From contig JAYSWN010000042.1 of the NCBI GenBank assembly GCA_043718025.1, positions 1 through 40,207 on the forward strand: a DNA stretch of 40,207 nt, in the 5' to 3' direction. Both the position numbers and the translations under genes were made by a program. The first letter of the stretch is position 1, and each line of letters starts with the position of its first letter. Origin of the DNA: Pseudomonadota bacterium. GTDB taxonomy: Bacteria > Bdellovibrionota > FAC87 > UBA2466. The notes beneath the pieces were generated by a model. The model saw only the letters and a program-made list of their open reading frames with translations, did no database searches and had not been told where the DNA came from. This document shows positions 37,948 through 40,207 of this stretch, in pieces.

Positions 37948-40044
37948 ATGGCTGACCCGCTCATCACAGACCTCACAAAGATTCGCAACACTGGAATTAT
38001 TGCTCACATTGACGCCGGTAAAACTACCTGCACAGAGCGCATTCTCTATTACACCGGTGTTACCCATAAAATCGGCGAAGTGCACGACGGCGAAACCACC
38101 ATGGATTACATGGTTCAAGAGCGCGAACGCGGAATCACGATCACTTCGGCCGCGACCACTTGCCATTGGAAAGACTGCCGAATCAACATTATCGACACGC
38201 CAGGCCACGTAGACTTCACGATTGAAGTTGAGCGTTCCCTGCGAGTTCTCGATGGAGCCTGCGTTTTATTTGACGGCGTCGCCGGAGTGCAACCGCAATC
38301 TGAAACGGTTTGGCGTCAGGCGAACCGTTATGGGGTTCCTCGCATCTGTTTCATCAATAAGTTAGACCGAGTTGGTGCTGACTATGAAAAGTCGGTGCAC
38401 TCGATTGTTGAAAAATTAAATGGCCGCCCGATCATGTTCAATTACCCCATCGGTTTGGAAGACAAACTGCTAGGTGTTGTTGATCTCGTAACGCAAAAGG
38501 CTCTAATTTGGGATGTTGAAGCTAACAAGGGCGACGAATACCGCATTGCTGAAATCCCTGAAGACATGAAGGAAAAGTGCGCCAAATTACGCGACAAACT
38601 TATCGACGCAGTGGCAGAAGAAGATGAAGTGCTCCTCAGCAAGTATCTTGATGGCGCAGAGTGCTCGATTGAAGAGATTAAACGAGCCGCCCGTAAAGCG
38701 TGCATCGGCCTAAGGATTCAACCAGTATTTGCAGGCAGTGCCTTTAAGAACAAAGGGGTTCAGCCACTCCTTGATGCGATGTTAGACTATTTGCCATCGC
38801 CCTTAGATAAACCGCCGATTAAAGGCGTCAATCCTTCGAACACTGAAGAAATTTTAGACCGCGAAACTAAATCGGAAGCGCCGTTTAGCGCTCTGGCGTT
38901 CAAAATTCTCACTGACCCATATGTGGGCCAACTCACATTTTTTCGAGTTTACTCTGGTTCCCTTGATGCTGGGTCGTACGTTCTGAACGCACGCCAAAAC
39001 AAGAAAGAACGCATTGGCCGTCTGCTACAAATGCACGCCAATAAGCAAATCGAAATCAAGTCAGTCAAGTGCGGCGATATCGCGGCGGCAGTCGGTCTCA
39101 AGTTTAGCCGCACCGGTGATACCCTATGCGATGAGAATCATCCCATTTCATTGGAATCAATGCATTTTCCGGAACCCGTTATCTCGATTGCGATTGAGCC
39201 AAAGTCGAAAGCAGATCAAGAAAAACTTGGCATATCGCTCCAGAAGTTGGCCGTCGAGGATCCTAGTTTCCGTCTTCGTGTAGACCCAGAAACCAACCAA
39301 ACGATCATTTCTGGTATGGGTGAGCTTCATCTTGAAATCATCGTGGACCGTTTGCTTCGGGAATTTAAAGTAGAGGCAAATGTCGGTAAGCCACAAGTGG
39401 CCTACAAAGAAACAATTACGAAAAAGATCGAACAAGAAGGCAAGTACATCAAGCAAACCGGTGGCCGTGGACAGTACGGCCATTGCTGGTTGCGTATCGA
39501 ACCTCAGCCGCCCGGAACCGGTTACATTTTCGAAAATGACACCAAAGGTGGATCAGTTCCCCGCGAGTTTATTCCCGCCATCGACAAAGGGATTAAAGAA
39601 GCACTGGATGCTGGCATCAATGCTGGCTACCACGTAGTGGACATTAAGGTGTCCGTTTTCGACGGTTCTTACCATGACGTCGATTCGAGTGAGATCGCTT
39701 TCAAGATTGCCGCTTCAATGGCTTTCAAGGATGGCTGTAAGCGCGCCAACCCTATTATTCTCGAACCCATCATGAAATGCGAAGTGGCTTGTCCTGACGC
39801 CTACATGGGCGATGTCATCGGCGATCTAAATTCTCGTCGAGGCAAAATAATGCAGATGGAACCCCAAGGGAGCATTCAACTAATTCAGGCTGAAGTCCCC
39901 TTGGCAGAGATGTTTGGTTATGCTACTCAAGTACGTTCTTTAAGTCAGGGTCGCGCGACTTATACCATGGAATTTGGCCATTACGAGCCAGTGCCAGCCA
40001 ACATCGCGAATGAAATCATTGCGAAGGTATCAGGAGGAAAATAA
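37948..40044 (+). CDS. fusA: Elongation factor G
   Basis: [34 protein letters not shown] and GMGELHL. Confidence 0.99.
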   Translation: MADPLITDLTKIRNTGIIAHIDAGKTTCTERILYYTGVTHKIGEVHDGETTMDYMVQERERGITITSAATTCHWKDCRINIIDTPGHVDFTIEVERSLRVLDGACVLFDGVAGVQPQSETVWRQANRYGVPRICFINKLDRVGADYEKSVHSIVEKLNGRPIMFNYPIGLEDKLLGVVDLVTQKALIWDVEANKGDEYRIAEIPEDMKEKCAKLRDKLIDAVAEEDEVLLSKYLDGAECSIEEIKRAARKACIGLRIQPVFAGSAFKNKGVQPLLDAMLDYLPSPLDKPPIKGVNPSNTEEILDRETKSEAPFSALAFKILTDPYVGQLTFFRVYSGSLDAGSYVLNARQNKKERIGRLLQMHANKQIEIKSVKCGDIAAAVGLKFSRTGDTLCDENHPISLESMHFPEPVISIAIEPKSKADQEKLGISLQKLAVEDPSFRLRVDPETNQTIISGMGELHLEIIVDRLLREFKVEANVGKPQVAYKETITKKIEQEGKYIKQTGGRGQYGHCWLRIEPQPPGTGYIFENDTKGGSVPREFIPAIDKGIKEALDAGINAGYHVVDIKVSVFDGSYHDVDSSEIAFKIAASMAFKDGCKRANPIILEPIMKCEVACPDAYMGDVIGDLNSRRGKIMQMEPQGSIQLIQAEVPLAEMFGYATQVRSLSQGRATYTMEFGHYEPVPANIANEIIAKVSGGK

Positions 40045-40130
40045 TGGCAAAGGCAAAGTTTGAACGCACAAAACCCCACGTGAACGTGGGAACCATCGGT
40101 CACGTTGACCATGGCAGGTGGCGATCGTGA
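40044..40130 (+). pseudogene. tuf: Elongation factor Tu, first 24 codons only; frame then reads RWRS-stop (probably an assembly chimera rather than a true pseudogene)
   Basis: [24 protein letters not shown] (40044-40115), with the ATG overlapping the fusA TAA. The expected KTTLT is absent. Confidence 0.9.
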
Positions 40131-40206
40131 TTCCACGCTCTTTCTCTTCGGGAGCCGCGTCGATCTGATCGTAACGCTTGGCTTCCGCCCACCCTTTTTT
40201 TGCTAA
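40111..40206 (-). other. tuf: Inverted internal fragment of tuf
   Basis: The minus strand reads [32 protein letters not shown], the EF-Tu switch I region (about residues 36-67). Confidence 0.92.
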
Positions 40207-40207
40207 T

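Noticed and set aside
37381..39637. Short alternative-frame and antisense ORFs over rpsL/rpsG/fusA, and similar 60-160 aa ORFs nested in other genes
   Set aside because: Shadow ORFs of conserved genes with no recognisable motifs.
40116..40207. Intron, intein or IS insertion in tuf
   Set aside because: The interrupting sequence is tuf itself in reverse orientation; no intron or IS ends are visible.
1..40207. CRISPR array, transposase, prophage or rRNA
   Set aside because: No regularly spaced repeats or hallmark sequences were seen by eye.

Overview
Core-genome segment of a Gram-negative bacterium. The MurD C-terminus and the vWA-like lipoprotein resemble Bdellovibrionota/Oligoflexia-type (former Deltaproteobacteria) proteins; this taxonomy is inferred from sequence recall, not from a search. 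Left to right: (i) the end of an outer-membrane beta-barrel, a TPR protein and a vWA-like lipoprotein; (ii) three minus-strand helical/TPR genes, one FliT-like; (iii) a rearranged dcw cluster, rsmH-ftsL-ftsI-[QEGLA/DUF1704 metallopeptidase]-murE-mraY-murD, with no mraZ, murF, ftsW or murG in place; (iv) a surface-glycan region (GT2, GT4, two paralogous two-domain glycosyltransferases, epimerase, DPM1-like GT2) interrupted by tRNA-Gln(CTG), a secreted GH-like protein and a MoxR-DUF58-transglutaminase operon; (v) a cca-meaB-GT9-heptose kinase operon; (vi) a fatty acid hydroxylase/AGMO-like gene, thiL, marC, an HD dNTPase and gltX; (vii) rpsL-rpsG-fusA-tuf. tuf breaks after codon 24 and continues as an inverted piece of tuf, most likely a chimeric assembly or amplification junction. 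No CRISPR array, transposase, integrase or prophage gene was seen. The best candidates for new biology are the MATCAP-family peptidase inside the dcw operon and the paralogous two-domain glycosyltransferases.
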